From: an uncultured Candidatus Saccharibacteria bacterium | Lineage (GTDB): Bacteria > Patescibacteriota > Minisyncoccia > Phycocordibacterales > UBA9973 | Assembly: GCA_964397435.1 (NCBI GenBank) | Contig: CAYNHU010000006.1 | Coordinates: forward strand, 344 to 64,343 | Length of the DNA: 64,000 bases | Direction: 5' to 3' | Shown here: one piece after another, positions 10,173 to 20,625 of the stretch | How the letters are laid out: the number at the start of each line of letters is the position of its first letter | Numbering within the stretch: position 1 is the first letter of the stretch | Notes under the pieces: model-generated | Database searches by the model: none | What the model saw: the letters and a program-made list of their open reading frames with translations, nothing else | Told to the model about the DNA's origin: nothing | Position numbers and translations under genes: made by a program

Positions 10173-11973
10173 AAAAACACTGATGATTCCAAATAGTTGT
10201 CGGTGTGATTGGTAGTGGTGTTTGACCGGGAGCTGGTGTTTGTTCAAGCATGAATATCATTTCAAATCGCAACAATTGTTTTTCTTCTGGATGATGAGTG
10301 TTCCATTCACGACAGAGATATCTGCCATACCCAAGTCGATACTGTTGGAAATCGGTATTCCAAAGATTCATCATATATTTTTGCCAGCGTTGGTTTTTGT
10401 ATGTGTATGCAACCCATGTTGGTTTTTCATATGACACTGGTCCTTCTTTTTGTGTAAATACATCAACCATTGAACCATCTCGTAATACACCAGGAAAGAC
10501 ATACCATCCATCTTCGAGCAGTGGTGTCGGCGCAAACATATTAAATTGCTGATCAAGATGTGTAAACCATCCGATTGGTTCAACTTCTTTTGAGATTACT
10601 GATTTCTTGAGATGCAGCGTATCAATATTCCAACCAATGACGTAAATGACCAGTGTTAGTACAAGTATGTTGGCAAGCACTATACCAGTTTTTTGCACCT
10701 GTGTTTTTGTTGCAACTGGTTCTGGAATGCAAACTGCTTTTCGTTTGTGCGATCCGTATTCATATAACCATTCACCAATATGTGAGATAAAAGGAAGTCG
10801 TAAAAGTGGTACAGTCCAAAAAACGAGTGGAGAGTGTGCAGCAATCATGCATGCACCACTCCAATGTGTTGCACGATTTCCTTGTGCATCAACAATGACC
10901 CATGAATTTTCTCGCACCATCAGAGTTTCAATTTCTGGATTTTCTTTTGCAGGAATAATTTTTGTTGTTGGATGAAGTAAGAGTGTACGGTCGAGCATGT
11001 GACTTGTTTTGTAACAAAAACTACAATCAAAATCATAGTACATTGTTAATCCTCGTTTCCCTTTTAAACGAATCCATGTGGTAAATGTACGCCAGCCTGA
11101 ATCCCAGAATGTTGACGGGAGTAATCCGAGGGTAATGACGATTGCAATCATGCCAAACAAACCAAGTCGCATTGAAGCATTGAAACCAATTTGCAAACAT
11201 GCAAAGAGAATAATGCCGAGCATGCGGAAAAAACTAGTAGCAACTGGTGAAAAGAAAAGCAGAGAGCCATACACTTCGATATACCATGTTGCATACGTGA
11301 GTGCACTCATCGTACGTGGAAAATCTTTGAGTAATGCGCCAACTGGTGTGATGAGCTGGTCAACATTGAGTGCATAATATACCGCGGTGCCATTGTGCCA
11401 CGCATCACCTGATTTGAGTATGCCTGTAAAAAAATACAAAATACAAATCTGCAAAATATAGGCAACGCTTGCGATGCCCACGAATGACGTTTCTTTTGGC
11501 TGTGCAGTGCGGTTGAACAAACGATCAAGTGACCATGCTTTGTTAAGTGGTAGAAACATCATCCAAAACATCACGACGCGAAGTACAACATCACCTCCTT
11601 GTAATACAAGTGGGTTGCGAACGTGCAATGACACAAGCAGCATCCATGAAGCAATCATTGCAAAACGAGTTCGATATCCAAGAAGTAACATAATCGCAAA
11701 CACTGCAGCAACTGCAAACAAGAGTGCTTCAAATGCAGTGAGGCCGCTCATGAGATGAGCAGATATCCACCATTTGTTTTCCCATAAACGAAGTAGTTCA
11801 GATCGTGGAAGTACTCCTGCGTCAGAATAGAAAGCGCGAAGGTCAGCTAGCCGTTGGATAATATCAAAAATGAGTACGAGTCCGATGCCGATACGCAATA
11901 GTGCGAGTGAGCGATAATCAAGTGAGAACCATTCTTTTACTTTGTGAACACACCACGTGACGATTGTTTTCAT
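10171..11973 (-). CDS. HTTM-domain membrane protein with internal DCC1/DUF393-like CxxC domain
   Basis: DYRSLALLRI, RNPLVLQGGD, K...W.NG.A; YYDFDCSFC; QQFNMFAP. Confidence 0.8.
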   Translation of the reverse strand: MKTIVTWCVHKVKEWFSLDYRSLALLRIGIGLVLIFDIIQRLADLRAFYSDAGVLPRSELLRLWENKWWISAHLMSGLTAFEALLFAVAAVFAIMLLLGYRTRFAMIASWMLLVSLHVRNPLVLQGGDVVLRVVMFWMMFLPLNKAWSLDRLFNRTAQPKETSFVGIASVAYILQICILYFFTGILKSGDAWHNGTAVYYALNVDQLITPVGALLKDFPRTMSALTYATWYIEVYGSLLFFSPVATSFFRMLGIILFACLQIGFNASMRLGLFGMIAIVITLGLLPSTFWDSGWRTFTTWIRLKGKRGLTMYYDFDCSFCYKTSHMLDRTLLLHPTTKIIPAKENPEIETLMVRENSWVIVDAQGNRATHWSGACMIAAHSPLVFWTVPLLRLPFISHIGEWLYEYGSHKRKAVCIPEPVATKTQVQKTGIVLANILVLTLVIYVIGWNIDTLHLKKSVISKEVEPIGWFTHLDQQFNMFAPTPLLEDGWYVFPGVLRDGSMVDVFTQKEGPVSYEKPTWVAYTYKNQRWQKYMMNLWNTDFQQYRLGYGRYLCREWNTHHPEEKQLLRFEMIFMLEQTPAPGQTPLPITPTTIWNHQCF

Positions 11974-12026
11974 GCTAGTAAGTATAGCAGTTTTTGTGGG
12001 GTGGGTATAAACTGTATATGAGTGAT

Positions 12027-12069
12027 AAACAAAAACGAGCGACGCCTTCGGCGTCGCTCGTTTTTGTTT
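12027..12069. terminator. Terminator downstream of rpmB
   Basis: AAACAAAAACGAGCGACGCC-TTC-GGCGTCGCTCGTTTTTGTTT. Confidence 0.85.
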
Positions 12070-12080
12070 GATTATGTTAA

Positions 12081-12323
12081 TTAGAGAATACCAGCTTTTT
12101 TGAGAGTTGCATATGCACCTCGCTTGTTGATTGTGCGGATTGCACGAGTTGAAATTTCGAGGGTAACTGACTTTTTGAGTTCAGGAATATACACCTTTTT
12201 CTTTTGAAGGTTTGGATACTTGCGGACCTTGCCGGTTGGGTTGAATTTTGTAGCACGAACACGGTTAGAATAGCCTCCCGCGACACGTGAACCCTTTTTA
12301 GTTATTGCGCATACTTTTGCCAT
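12081..12323 (-). CDS. rpmB: 50S ribosomal protein L28
   Basis: MAKVCAITKK...PNLQKK...ISTRAIRTI. Start revised. Confidence 0.93.
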   Translation of the reverse strand: MAKVCAITKKGSRVAGGYSNRVRATKFNPTGKVRKYPNLQKKKVYIPELKKSVTLEISTRAIRTINKRGAYATLKKAGIL

Positions 12324-12414
12324 ATGTCCTCGTACACTAACATATCTTTTTAAAATCTGCAACTCCCAACCTTGCAATACCGTAATTTAAAAATGGTGTG
12401 GTATACTTTCTCGT

Positions 12415-13050
12415 ATGTCAGTAGATACAATCACAAGCATTGTCGGTATCATTATCCTTATTTCTTCAGTTATCTTGCATGAAATAGCTCACGGCTATGC
12501 TGCTCTTTGGTTTGGAGATCGAACAGCTCTCCTTGCAAACCGACTTACCCTTAATCCTCTCCGTCACATTGATCCGATTGGCTCCCTCCTTGTTCCTGGT
12601 ATTTTAATCCTATCGGGTTCACCGTTTCCATTTGGATGGGCAAAACCAGTTCCATACAACGAAAACAACCTTTCTGACAAACGCTTGGGTACGCTCGCTG
12701 TTGCTTCAGCTGGTATTTTGGCTAATTTTGCCATCGCTACAGTTTTTGGGCTCTTACTTCGTGCTGGAATCTCATTTGGGCTTGTAAATCAAGGCTTTAT
12801 TTACATTGTCTCTATTATTGTCTTTGCAAACATTGGCCTCGGCTTCTTTAACTTACTCCCAGTTCCACCGCTCGATGGTTCAAAGATCCTTTTTAGCATT
12901 TTGCCTCAAAAATACCGAAATATCCGAGAAATGTTGGAAAATAACGGTTTTTTGCTTGTTTTTATCCTTGTTATTGTTCTTTGGAAGTATGATTTCATCT
13001 CACCACTTATGAGTGGTCTTTATACGATACTCACTGGTATACAGTTGTAG
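12415..13050 (+). CDS. Site-2 protease (M50 family)
   Basis: HEIAH and FNLLPVPPLDG. Confidence 0.93.
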   Translation: MSVDTITSIVGIIILISSVILHEIAHGYAALWFGDRTALLANRLTLNPLRHIDPIGSLLVPGILILSGSPFPFGWAKPVPYNENNLSDKRLGTLAVASAGILANFAIATVFGLLLRAGISFGLVNQGFIYIVSIIVFANIGLGFFNLLPVPPLDGSKILFSILPQKYRNIREMLENNGFLLVFILVIVLWKYDFISPLMSGLYTILTGIQL

Positions 13051-13062
13051 CTCGGGTGCGGC

Positions 13063-13091
13063 TTGCATTTTTAATTATTTTCTTGTATAGT
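13063..13091 (+). promoter_or_regulatory. Sigma70 promoter of rpsL
   Basis: TTGCAT-17 nt-TATAGT. Confidence 0.7.
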
Positions 13092-13198
13092 AAGGGTACA
13101 AGTCTCTTGCAGACTTTTTTGTTTACCCGACGGTTTTGTCTGAACCCACGGCAAACAAATGAGTTGCCTATTTATTTATAGGTTAGTTTTCAATAATA

Positions 13199-13627
13199 AT
13201 GCCTTCAATTAATCAATTAGTTCGAAAACCAAGAAAGAAAGTTGTTGCGAAGTCAAAGGCGGTTGCGTTGGCTCGCGGCTTTAACGCGCTCAAAAATCGC
13301 CCTATCTTTTATGCTTCACCATTTAAGCGTGGTGTTTGTACAAAAGTAACAACAACTACTCCAAAGAAACCAAACTCAGCGCTCCGAAAGATCGCCCGAG
13401 TTCGTCTTACAAACGGTATGGAAGTTACTGCCTACATCCCAGGTGAAGGTCACAACCTCCAGGAACACTCAGTTGTTATGCTTCGCGGTGGTCGCGTGAA
13501 GGACTTGATCGGAGTTCGTTACCACATTGTTCGAGGTCGTCTCGATGCATCTGGCGTTGAAAAGCGTCGCCAGGGTCGCTCACTCTACGGTAACAAGAAG
13601 CCAAAGGCTGGTGCCGCTAAGAAATAA
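13199..13627 (+). CDS. rpsL: 30S ribosomal protein S12
   Basis: [18 protein letters not shown]. Confidence 0.98.
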   Translation: MPSINQLVRKPRKKVVAKSKAVALARGFNALKNRPIFYASPFKRGVCTKVTTTTPKKPNSALRKIARVRLTNGMEVTAYIPGEGHNLQEHSVVMLRGGRVKDLIGVRYHIVRGRLDASGVEKRRQGRSLYGNKKPKAGAAKK

Positions 13628-13645
13628 TCAATCCCGAGTTATCCC

Positions 13646-14116
13646 ATGCGAAGAAAAGTAAAAAATCGTAATATCCCAAAACCAGATAGTCAGTACCAGT
13701 CAGCTGAACTCGCAAAGTTCATCAACAAGGTTATGCTTTCAGGTAAGAAAGAAACAGCTATTAAAGTAGTTTACAGTACTCTCGACCTCATCAAAGAAAA
13801 GTCAGGGGGACAGGACCCACTCGCTGTTTTTGCAGAAGCAATCAAAAATGCTTCACCACTTATGGAAGTTCGCTCACGCCGTATCGGTGGTGCTAACTAC
13901 CAGGTTCCTCGCGAAGTTCGTCCAGAACGCCGCCAGGCACTCGCAATCCGCTGGATCATTGATGCTGCTCGCGGCAAAAAAGGTCAGCCAATGCACATGA
14001 AACTCGCTGATGAATTGATTGCAGCTTCAAAAAATGAAGGTGCAGCAGTTAAGAAGCGTGAAGACACTCACAAAATGGCAGAATCAAACAAGGCGTTCGC
14101 TCACTTTGCTTGGTAA
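13646..14116 (+). CDS. rpsG: 30S ribosomal protein S7
   Basis: RRIGGANYQVP, HKMAESNKAFAH. Confidence 0.98.
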   Translation: MRRKVKNRNIPKPDSQYQSAELAKFINKVMLSGKKETAIKVVYSTLDLIKEKSGGQDPLAVFAEAIKNASPLMEVRSRRIGGANYQVPREVRPERRQALAIRWIIDAARGKKGQPMHMKLADELIAASKNEGAAVKKREDTHKMAESNKAFAHFAW

Positions 14117-14132
14117 TCCACACTGGATGTTT

Positions 14133-14160
14133 AAAAAGGCTCCCCGAAGGGGAGCCTTTT
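14133..14160 (+). terminator. Terminator after rpsG
   Basis: AAAAGGCTCCCC-GAA-GGGGAGCCTTTT. Confidence 0.85.
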
Positions 14161-14193
14161 GTTTTTTATGGTATATATGGTATACTGCTGCAT

Positions 14194-17100
14194 ATGTTTT
14201 TCACTCAAAAGAAATTTTTCATTATACCGGTCGCCATTGCGGTACTTGTTGCTGGAACATTGTTTGCAGATCACACTGCACGTGCAGCATCGTTTACGGT
14301 CAATTCATTACTTGATACTGTTGATGTAAATCCAGGCGACGGTATTTGTGATGATGGTTCTGGTAACTGTACATTGCGTGCAGCTATCGCAGAGGCAAAT
14401 GCAACGATAGGAGCAGATACAATAACTATTAGTGTTAACGGAGTAACTTCACCAACTACACAGTATCCTCAAATTATGGAAACCGTTAGTATCATTGGTC
14501 CTGGTCCTTCAAATTTTGAAATTGATGCAAGTGGTGTAGATGAACACCGAATTTTTAACTCAAACAATGTTGCAGGAAGTAGCTTTTCTGGTTTTAAGTT
14601 GAGTAATGTGTATGAAATCGGTTTCCATTTTGGACAGACTGATAATACTTCATGGAGTAATTTTGAAATCACTGGACGTGGAATTGATACTGGATGGGCG
14701 CTCCTCGAACTTGGGCCAAGTGATAATTACAGCATTACGAACTGTTCTCTTTCAGAAGGTGGTCTCGGTGTTCGAATTGTTGGTTCAACAAATGCTACGG
14801 TTGATTCTTGTACTGTAACGGGATCTCAACACAGTGGATTAACTAGTTACGATAGTTCATATACAACATTTAGAAACAATACAATTTCTAATGTTGGCGA
14901 CTTCGGTATGTTTATCATCTTCGGTTCTGATCACGCATTGATTGAAAACAATACAATTTCTGGTAGTGGAATCGGCGCTATCACTATGGGCTTGCTTGGT
15001 GCTGACAACGGCACAGTTTCTGATAACATTATTCGTGGCAATACACTTTCAACAAGTGGTGGTCCAGGTTTAACACTTGATGAGTTTGTTGAAAATACTA
15101 CTATTGTTGGGAATCGCATTCTCAACAACCACGATGCAGGTATTTATGTTTCTGGTACAAACACAACTATTGGTGGAACCGGCCCATCAGATTTCAATGT
15201 TATCGGTAATAACGGTGGCGGTATTATGACATGGAACGCTACAACGGTTACGATCCTCGGTAACTTTATTGGTGTTGATAGTGATGGTACTACTGCGATG
15301 GCCAACGATTCAGGCATTCAATTTTCAAATGGAACAGGAGCTTTTATCGGTGGAGCAAATGCTGGTGAAGGGAATGTGATTAGTAACAGCGTTCATATGG
15401 GAATTAGTATTGATGGAACCTCAACTGTTTCAATAAAAGGAAACCGTATTGGTGTGACCGCTGATGGTGAGACTGATGCTGGAAATAATGGACAAGGTGT
15501 TTTCCTTAAAAATGCTACCGGAGTTACTATCGGTGGAACAACTGCATCTGAGCGAAATATAATTTCTGGAAATACCAATCAAGGAATTTATGGTGACAAT
15601 ATTACAACCGCAGTTATTAAAGGCAATTACATCGGTACTGATGACGATGGGGCAGTAGCTATCGGAAACGGCCAACAGGGAATTCAGTTTGAAAATTCTA
15701 CTGACGTAACGATTGGTGGACCAAATGCTGGTGACGGTAACGTTATTTCTGGAAATACCATAAACGAAGGTATTCAGATGAGTGATGTGTCTAACGTGGT
15801 CATTCAGGGTAACTACATTGGATTAGATGCTACAGGTCTCAATCTTATAACTAATGATTCAGGAATCGTATTCGGTAATGTTTCAAATGCGACTATTGGT
15901 GGAACAAGTGCAACTTCTCGAAACTATATTGTAAACCAAGACGGAAATGGAATTAAAGTAGATGGGGTTGCTATTAATACTGCGGTTATTGGTAACTATG
16001 TCGGATTAAATACCGCTGGTGCTGTTACGGGTTCTCTACATACGGGTATTTATGTTAGTTCTGAGTTTGATGGAGCAACTTCAATTATCGGTGGAGTAAA
16101 TGCTGGTGAAGGCAACGTGGTCGCAGGAGTAACCTTTGATGGTTTTGCGTTTGGAATTCAGTTGGAAGCAACTACTAATGTTAGAGTATACGGAAACAAG
16201 ATTGGTACCAATGCTGCTGGAGTCGCAGCTCCTGGTTATGGTAATACAATTGGTATTGCAATGCTTATGGGCTCTGGTGTTGGAAATAACAAAATAGGAG
16301 GAATAGAGAGTGGTCAAGGTAACGTGATTGCGGGAAATACAATGGGAGGCGTGTTTGTATTAGGAGTAGCTGGCTCGTTCACAACTCGTAACTCTATCTT
16401 AGGAAATAGTATTTTTGCCAATAACGGAGTAGGAATCGATCTTCTTGATTTTGATGGAGTTTCTCTTATCAATCAGGGTCCAAATACAAACGATGCGGGC
16501 GATGGTGATACTGGTCCAAATGATTTGTTGAATGCACCAGTTATTACTTCAGTAAATACAACTTCTGGTGTAGTTACATACAAGCTCGATGTTCCTGCTG
16601 GAGATTATCGTGTTGAATTTTTCAAAAATCCAATAAGTGGCACATATGGTGAAGGTCAGATCTATCTCGGTTATGATGAATACACTTCTACTGGCTCAGA
16701 ATCTTCAGATACTGTTACTTTATCTTTGAGTGAAGGTGACTTTATCACTGCAGTTGTTACTGAACAATTTAGTCCGACTACATTTGGTTCAAGTTCTGAA
16801 TTTTCTCAAGCATATGGTACGTCCGGAGAATCAGCACCTGCTCCTGTTGGTGGCGGTGTTATCTCAGTTCAGAAAGTTTGTAATGATCCACGCGCAATTA
16901 ATTACACAACAGGTGTTGGTATTGGAGACAAAAAAGTTTGTACTTACAAACTAGATAACTCAAAAGAGCCAAGTATCGAAACACCGGACGCAACTACTTC
17001 ACAAGAAGCACAAGAGACACAAGAAACAGCCTGCCCTGCATTTAGTGGGTACTATCGAAAGGGTAGTGTCGGTGAAGAAATCAAAAAAATTCAACTCTTT

Positions 17101-17349
17101 TTAAATAAAGAGGTTGATGCCCGGCTGCCGATTACTGGTGTGTTTGGGGCTGCGACTGATGCAGCAGTCAAGAAGTTCCAGCAGAAATATTTTGATTTGA
17201 TTATCACCCCATGGGAGACATCTCAAAACGTAACTGGTTATTGGTATAAAACAACTCGTATGAAAGCAAACCAGCTTTCAGGATGCACTGAAACACCAGT
17301 AGTTCTCGAGACAAATGGTAAAACATGGGTTTTGCCATTGAGTCGCTAG
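14194..17349 (+). CDS. Secreted CSLREA / right-handed beta-helix repeat protein with C-terminal peptidoglycan-binding-like domain
   Basis: Signal peptide, CTLRAAIAEAN, repeated IxGNxIG/GNVISGN, EIKKIQLFLN...TGVFG..T.AAVKKFQ. Start revised to MFFTQ. Confidence 0.85.
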   Translation: MFFTQKKFFIIPVAIAVLVAGTLFADHTARAASFTVNSLLDTVDVNPGDGICDDGSGNCTLRAAIAEANATIGADTITISVNGVTSPTTQYPQIMETVSIIGPGPSNFEIDASGVDEHRIFNSNNVAGSSFSGFKLSNVYEIGFHFGQTDNTSWSNFEITGRGIDTGWALLELGPSDNYSITNCSLSEGGLGVRIVGSTNATVDSCTVTGSQHSGLTSYDSSYTTFRNNTISNVGDFGMFIIFGSDHALIENNTISGSGIGAITMGLLGADNGTVSDNIIRGNTLSTSGGPGLTLDEFVENTTIVGNRILNNHDAGIYVSGTNTTIGGTGPSDFNVIGNNGGGIMTWNATTVTILGNFIGVDSDGTTAMANDSGIQFSNGTGAFIGGANAGEGNVISNSVHMGISIDGTSTVSIKGNRIGVTADGETDAGNNGQGVFLKNATGVTIGGTTASERNIISGNTNQGIYGDNITTAVIKGNYIGTDDDGAVAIGNGQQGIQFENSTDVTIGGPNAGDGNVISGNTINEGIQMSDVSNVVIQGNYIGLDATGLNLITNDSGIVFGNVSNATIGGTSATSRNYIVNQDGNGIKVDGVAINTAVIGNYVGLNTAGAVTGSLHTGIYVSSEFDGATSIIGGVNAGEGNVVAGVTFDGFAFGIQLEATTNVRVYGNKIGTNAAGVAAPGYGNTIGIAMLMGSGVGNNKIGGIESGQGNVIAGNTMGGVFVLGVAGSFTTRNSILGNSIFANNGVGIDLLDFDGVSLINQGPNTNDAGDGDTGPNDLLNAPVITSVNTTSGVVTYKLDVPAGDYRVEFFKNPISGTYGEGQIYLGYDEYTSTGSESSDTVTLSLSEGDFITAVVTEQFSPTTFGSSSEFSQAYGTSGESAPAPVGGGVISVQKVCNDPRAINYTTGVGIGDKKVCTYKLDNSKEPSIETPDATTSQEAQETQETACPAFSGYYRKGSVGEEIKKIQLFLNKEVDARLPITGVFGAATDAAVKKFQQKYFDLIITPWETSQNVTGYWYKTTRMKANQLSGCTETPVVLETNGKTWVLPLSR

Positions 17350-17369
17350 TTTCTGTTTTTTGCTAATAA

Positions 17370-17400
17370 TAAAAGCCCCGACCGCAGGTCGGGGCTTTTA
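17370..17400. terminator. Terminator
   Basis: TAAAAGCCCCGACC-GCA-GGTCGGGGCTTTTA. Confidence 0.85.
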
Positions 17401-17429
17401 TTGCAAATTGGACACCAATATTGTATAGT
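17401..17429 (+). promoter_or_regulatory. Sigma70 promoter of fusA
   Basis: TTGCAA-17 nt-TATAGT. Confidence 0.7.
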
Positions 17430-17510
17430 ACGCTCATAAAAGACCTAAGCGGTCATTTTTATTTATCAGTAACATTGTTAGTAACGATTTAGCAATATTA
17501 GACAAGTTTT

Positions 17511-19661
17511 ATGGAAAGAGATTACCCACTAGAGAAAGTGCGAAACTTCGGTATCATCGCCCACATCGATGCCGGAAAGACAACAACCACAGAACGTGTG
17601 TTGTACTACACTGGAGTGTCACACAAGATCGGTGAAGTTCACGATGGTGAAACAACAACCGACTGGATGGAACAGGAACGCGAACGAGGTATTACTATTA
17701 CTTCAGCTGCGGTAACTTGTTTCTGGACACCAACATACGCAGGCAACGACAAAAACAAGAAGCACCGCTTCAACATTATCGACACTCCTGGACACATCGA
17801 CTTTACTGTGGAAGTAAAGCGATCACTTCGTGTGCTCGACGGTGCTGTGGTGGTATTCGACGGTGTGGCTGGTGTGGAACCACAGTCAGAAACAAACTGG
17901 CGTTACGCTGACGAAGCAAACGTTCCACGTATTTGTTTCATCAACAAGCTCGACCGAACAGGTGCTTCATTTGAACGTTCATACGGAACAATTCTCGACC
18001 GTCTTTCAAAGAAGGCAGTTCGCATGCAGATTCCAATTGGTCTCGAAGACAAATTCGAGGGCGTTGTTGATCTCTTGAAAATGAAAGCGTACTACTTCGA
18101 GGGCGATATGGGTAACAAGGTTATCGAAAAGGATATTCCTGAAGAACTCAAAGCTGAAGCTGAAAAGTACCACACAGAACTCATTGAAGCTATCGTTGCA
18201 AACGACGATGCTGCTATGACCGCTTACCTCGATGGAAAAGTTCCATCTATTAATGAACTCAAAAAGATTCTCCGTAAGGCAGTTATTGCCAACGCAATCT
18301 TTCCAGTGTTTGCTGGAACTGCTCTTAAAAACAAAGGTGTACAGCTTGTGCTCGACGCCGTTGTTGATTACCTCCCAGCCCCAACAGATATTCCTCCAAT
18401 TCCAGGTATCAATCCAGATACTGATGAACCAGATGTTCGAAAGGCATCTGACGCGGAACCCTTTGCAGCGCTTGCGTTCAAGGTTGCAACTGACCCATTC
18501 GTAGGACAAATTATTTTCTTCCGAGTTTACTCAGGTAGTTTGTCAGCAGGTTCATACATCTACAACCCACGAACTCGTAACAAGGAACGTATTGGTCGTA
18601 TCTTGCGTATGCACGCAAACGACCGAGAAGAAGTGAAGAAAGTGTTTGCTGGAGAAATCGCAGCAGCCGTTGGTCTTAAAGACACAATCACTTCAGATAC
18701 ACTCTGTGATGAAGAACACCCAATTGAATTGAACCGTATCGTCTTCCCAGAACCAGTTATCTCGCTCCGTATTGAACCAAAAACAAAAGCTGACCAAGAA
18801 AAAATGGGTATGGCGCTCAACCGTCTTGCTCAAGAAGACCCAACATTCCGCGTGACTACTGACCAGGAAACTGGTGAAACAATTATCGCAGGTATGGGAG
18901 AACTTCACCTCGAAATCATCGTTGATCGTATGAAGCGTGAATTCTCAGTTGAAGCTAACGTCGGTAACCCACAGGTGGCATACCGCGAAACAATTACAGG
19001 TACAGCAGATGTTGAAGGTAAGTACATCAAACAGTCTGGCGGACGCGGTAACTATGGTCACGTCAAGATCAAGATCAAGCCTATGGATATGACTCTTACA
19101 AAAGAGCAGATCGAAGACTTGCCACGAAACGTAAAACGAGAAGCTCACTTCGAATTCATAAACACAATCAAAGGAGGTGCTATTCCACAGGAATACATTC
19201 CAGCGGTTGAAAAGGGTCTCAAAGAAGGTCTCGAACGCGGTGTGCTTGCTGGATTCAAAATGGTTGACGTTTCAGTCGATCTTTGGGACGGTAGTTACCA
19301 CGATGTGGACTCAAACGAAATGGCTTTCAAAATTGCAGCGTCAATGGCTATCCAAGATGCATGTAAGCAGGCTCGTCCAGTGATCCTCGAACCTATGATG
19401 AAAGTTGAAGTTATCACTCCAGAAAAATTCATGGGAGATGTTGCTGGATCAATGTCAGCAAAACGTGGAATCATCGAAGGTATGGAAGCTCGCGGTATGA
19501 ACCAAGTAGTGAAAGCAGTCGTTCCATTGTCAGAAATGTTCGGTTACATGACCACACTTCGATCAATGACTGAAGGACGCGCAGGGTTCACTATGGAATT
19601 CCTCCGTTACGATGTTGTTCCTCAGAACGTTGCAGATACAATTATCGCAAAACGAAAATAA
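17511..19661 (+). CDS. fusA: Elongation factor G
   Basis: [31 protein letters not shown]. Confidence 0.99.
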   Translation: MERDYPLEKVRNFGIIAHIDAGKTTTTERVLYYTGVSHKIGEVHDGETTTDWMEQERERGITITSAAVTCFWTPTYAGNDKNKKHRFNIIDTPGHIDFTVEVKRSLRVLDGAVVVFDGVAGVEPQSETNWRYADEANVPRICFINKLDRTGASFERSYGTILDRLSKKAVRMQIPIGLEDKFEGVVDLLKMKAYYFEGDMGNKVIEKDIPEELKAEAEKYHTELIEAIVANDDAAMTAYLDGKVPSINELKKILRKAVIANAIFPVFAGTALKNKGVQLVLDAVVDYLPAPTDIPPIPGINPDTDEPDVRKASDAEPFAALAFKVATDPFVGQIIFFRVYSGSLSAGSYIYNPRTRNKERIGRILRMHANDREEVKKVFAGEIAAAVGLKDTITSDTLCDEEHPIELNRIVFPEPVISLRIEPKTKADQEKMGMALNRLAQEDPTFRVTTDQETGETIIAGMGELHLEIIVDRMKREFSVEANVGNPQVAYRETITGTADVEGKYIKQSGGRGNYGHVKIKIKPMDMTLTKEQIEDLPRNVKREAHFEFINTIKGGAIPQEYIPAVEKGLKEGLERGVLAGFKMVDVSVDLWDGSYHDVDSNEMAFKIAASMAIQDACKQARPVILEPMMKVEVITPEKFMGDVAGSMSAKRGIIEGMEARGMNQVVKAVVPLSEMFGYMTTLRSMTEGRAGFTMEFLRYDVVPQNVADTIIAKRK

Positions 19662-19697
19662 TATAGTTTCCCAAGAGAGAAGGGAAGCTAGAAAACA

Positions 19698-19736
19698 CAA
19701 AACAGCAGGGCGCGCGAAGCGCGCCCTGCTGTTTTG
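19698..19736 (+). terminator. Terminator after fusA
   Basis: CAAAACAGCAGGGCGCGC-GAA-GCGCGCCCTGCTGTTTTG. Confidence 0.85.
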
Positions 19737-19801
19737 CTTAGTGGCTATAAAAAAGCTTGACGTTTTGTAGAGAAATGGTATTGTTTCAAAAAATACATTA
19801 T

Positions 19802-20155
19802 ATGCCAGTTTACAACTCAACAACCAAGACCGACAATACTAAGGACAAGCCATTCGTACCTGGTAAACGTACGGCAATTACCTTACACGTAACCAACCCT
19901 TTTGCAAAAGGCTGCAAGAAAACTACATCAGTGGTTACACATACCGACTCAATGCACTATCTGGGCTATGGGCTTTGCCAAATCTTTGCCGCGCAGGGAA
20001 TTGATTTAACCCAGTACATTACACCCGGGGGTTGTTTAAGTAAAAAACTGAAACAGCTATTGGCTAACCTTACGGTACCTACCGGCAGCAGAAAGAAGCT
20101 TAAAAAGCAGGATGTTAAAACACTACAAAAGTTTTTAAATGTAAACGCACTTTAA
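19802..20155 (+). CDS. Hypothetical basic protein
   Basis: 117 aa from ATG 19802, downstream of TTGACG...TATTGT. Confidence 0.6.
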   Translation: MPVYNSTTKTDNTKDKPFVPGKRTAITLHVTNPFAKGCKKTTSVVTHTDSMHYLGYGLCQIFAAQGIDLTQYITPGGCLSKKLKQLLANLTVPTGSRKKLKKQDVKTLQKFLNVNAL

Positions 20156-20165
20156 AACCGCACCT

Positions 20166-20333
20166 ATGACAAAAAAGAAAAAAAGTACGAACATTACTGC
20201 TAAACCTAACGCTAAAGACCAATTTCCCGGTTCAAGAGAGCGGTTAGAAAAGAAAGAAGGTGGCAGATACGGTGACATAACTTCGACTGGTTCGGGGTGT
20301 AGTCGCTCACATAAAAAGCATAAAAAAGGCTAA
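20166..20333 (+). CDS. Small Lys-rich hypothetical protein (55 aa, not in ORF track)
   Basis: MTKKKKSTNITAKPNAKDQFPGSRERLEKKEGGRYGDITSTGSGCSRSHKKHKKG*, 10 nt after the preceding stop and followed by a hairpin with T run at 20373-20407. Confidence 0.5.
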   Translation: MTKKKKSTNITAKPNAKDQFPGSRERLEKKEGGRYGDITSTGSGCSRSHKKHKKG

Positions 20334-20408
20334 TACTACGTTATTTTCTAAAGATTTAAGCATTTCACCGCGCGTCCCTGTTGGAGCAATCCACAGGGGC
20401 GTTTTTTC

Positions 20409-20437
20409 TTGACTTTTGGGTGCTTATAGGGTATTCT
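20409..20437 (+). promoter_or_regulatory. Sigma70 promoter of tuf-S10 segment
   Basis: TTGACT-17 nt-TATTCT. Confidence 0.7.
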
Positions 20438-20625
20438 ATCTCTGATCGCTCCTTTGGGGCGTTTTTCTTTTTGCCAAAATTGACAAAAAGAAGAAAATGT
20501 TGTCTAAACAGTCAATTTAGACACAGTATTAATAATTAGTATTAGTTCTTTACTGGTTCGTAGACATAGGAAAGGTACGTGTTCTCGTCACCTCTCCTTA
20601 CTCTGTGAACCGAAGAAAAAAGCTT

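Noticed and set aside
15080-16440. Internal repeats as a DGR template/variable pair
   Set aside because: They are degenerate protein-level beta-helix repeats. No adenine-specific near-identical pair or reverse transcriptase was seen.
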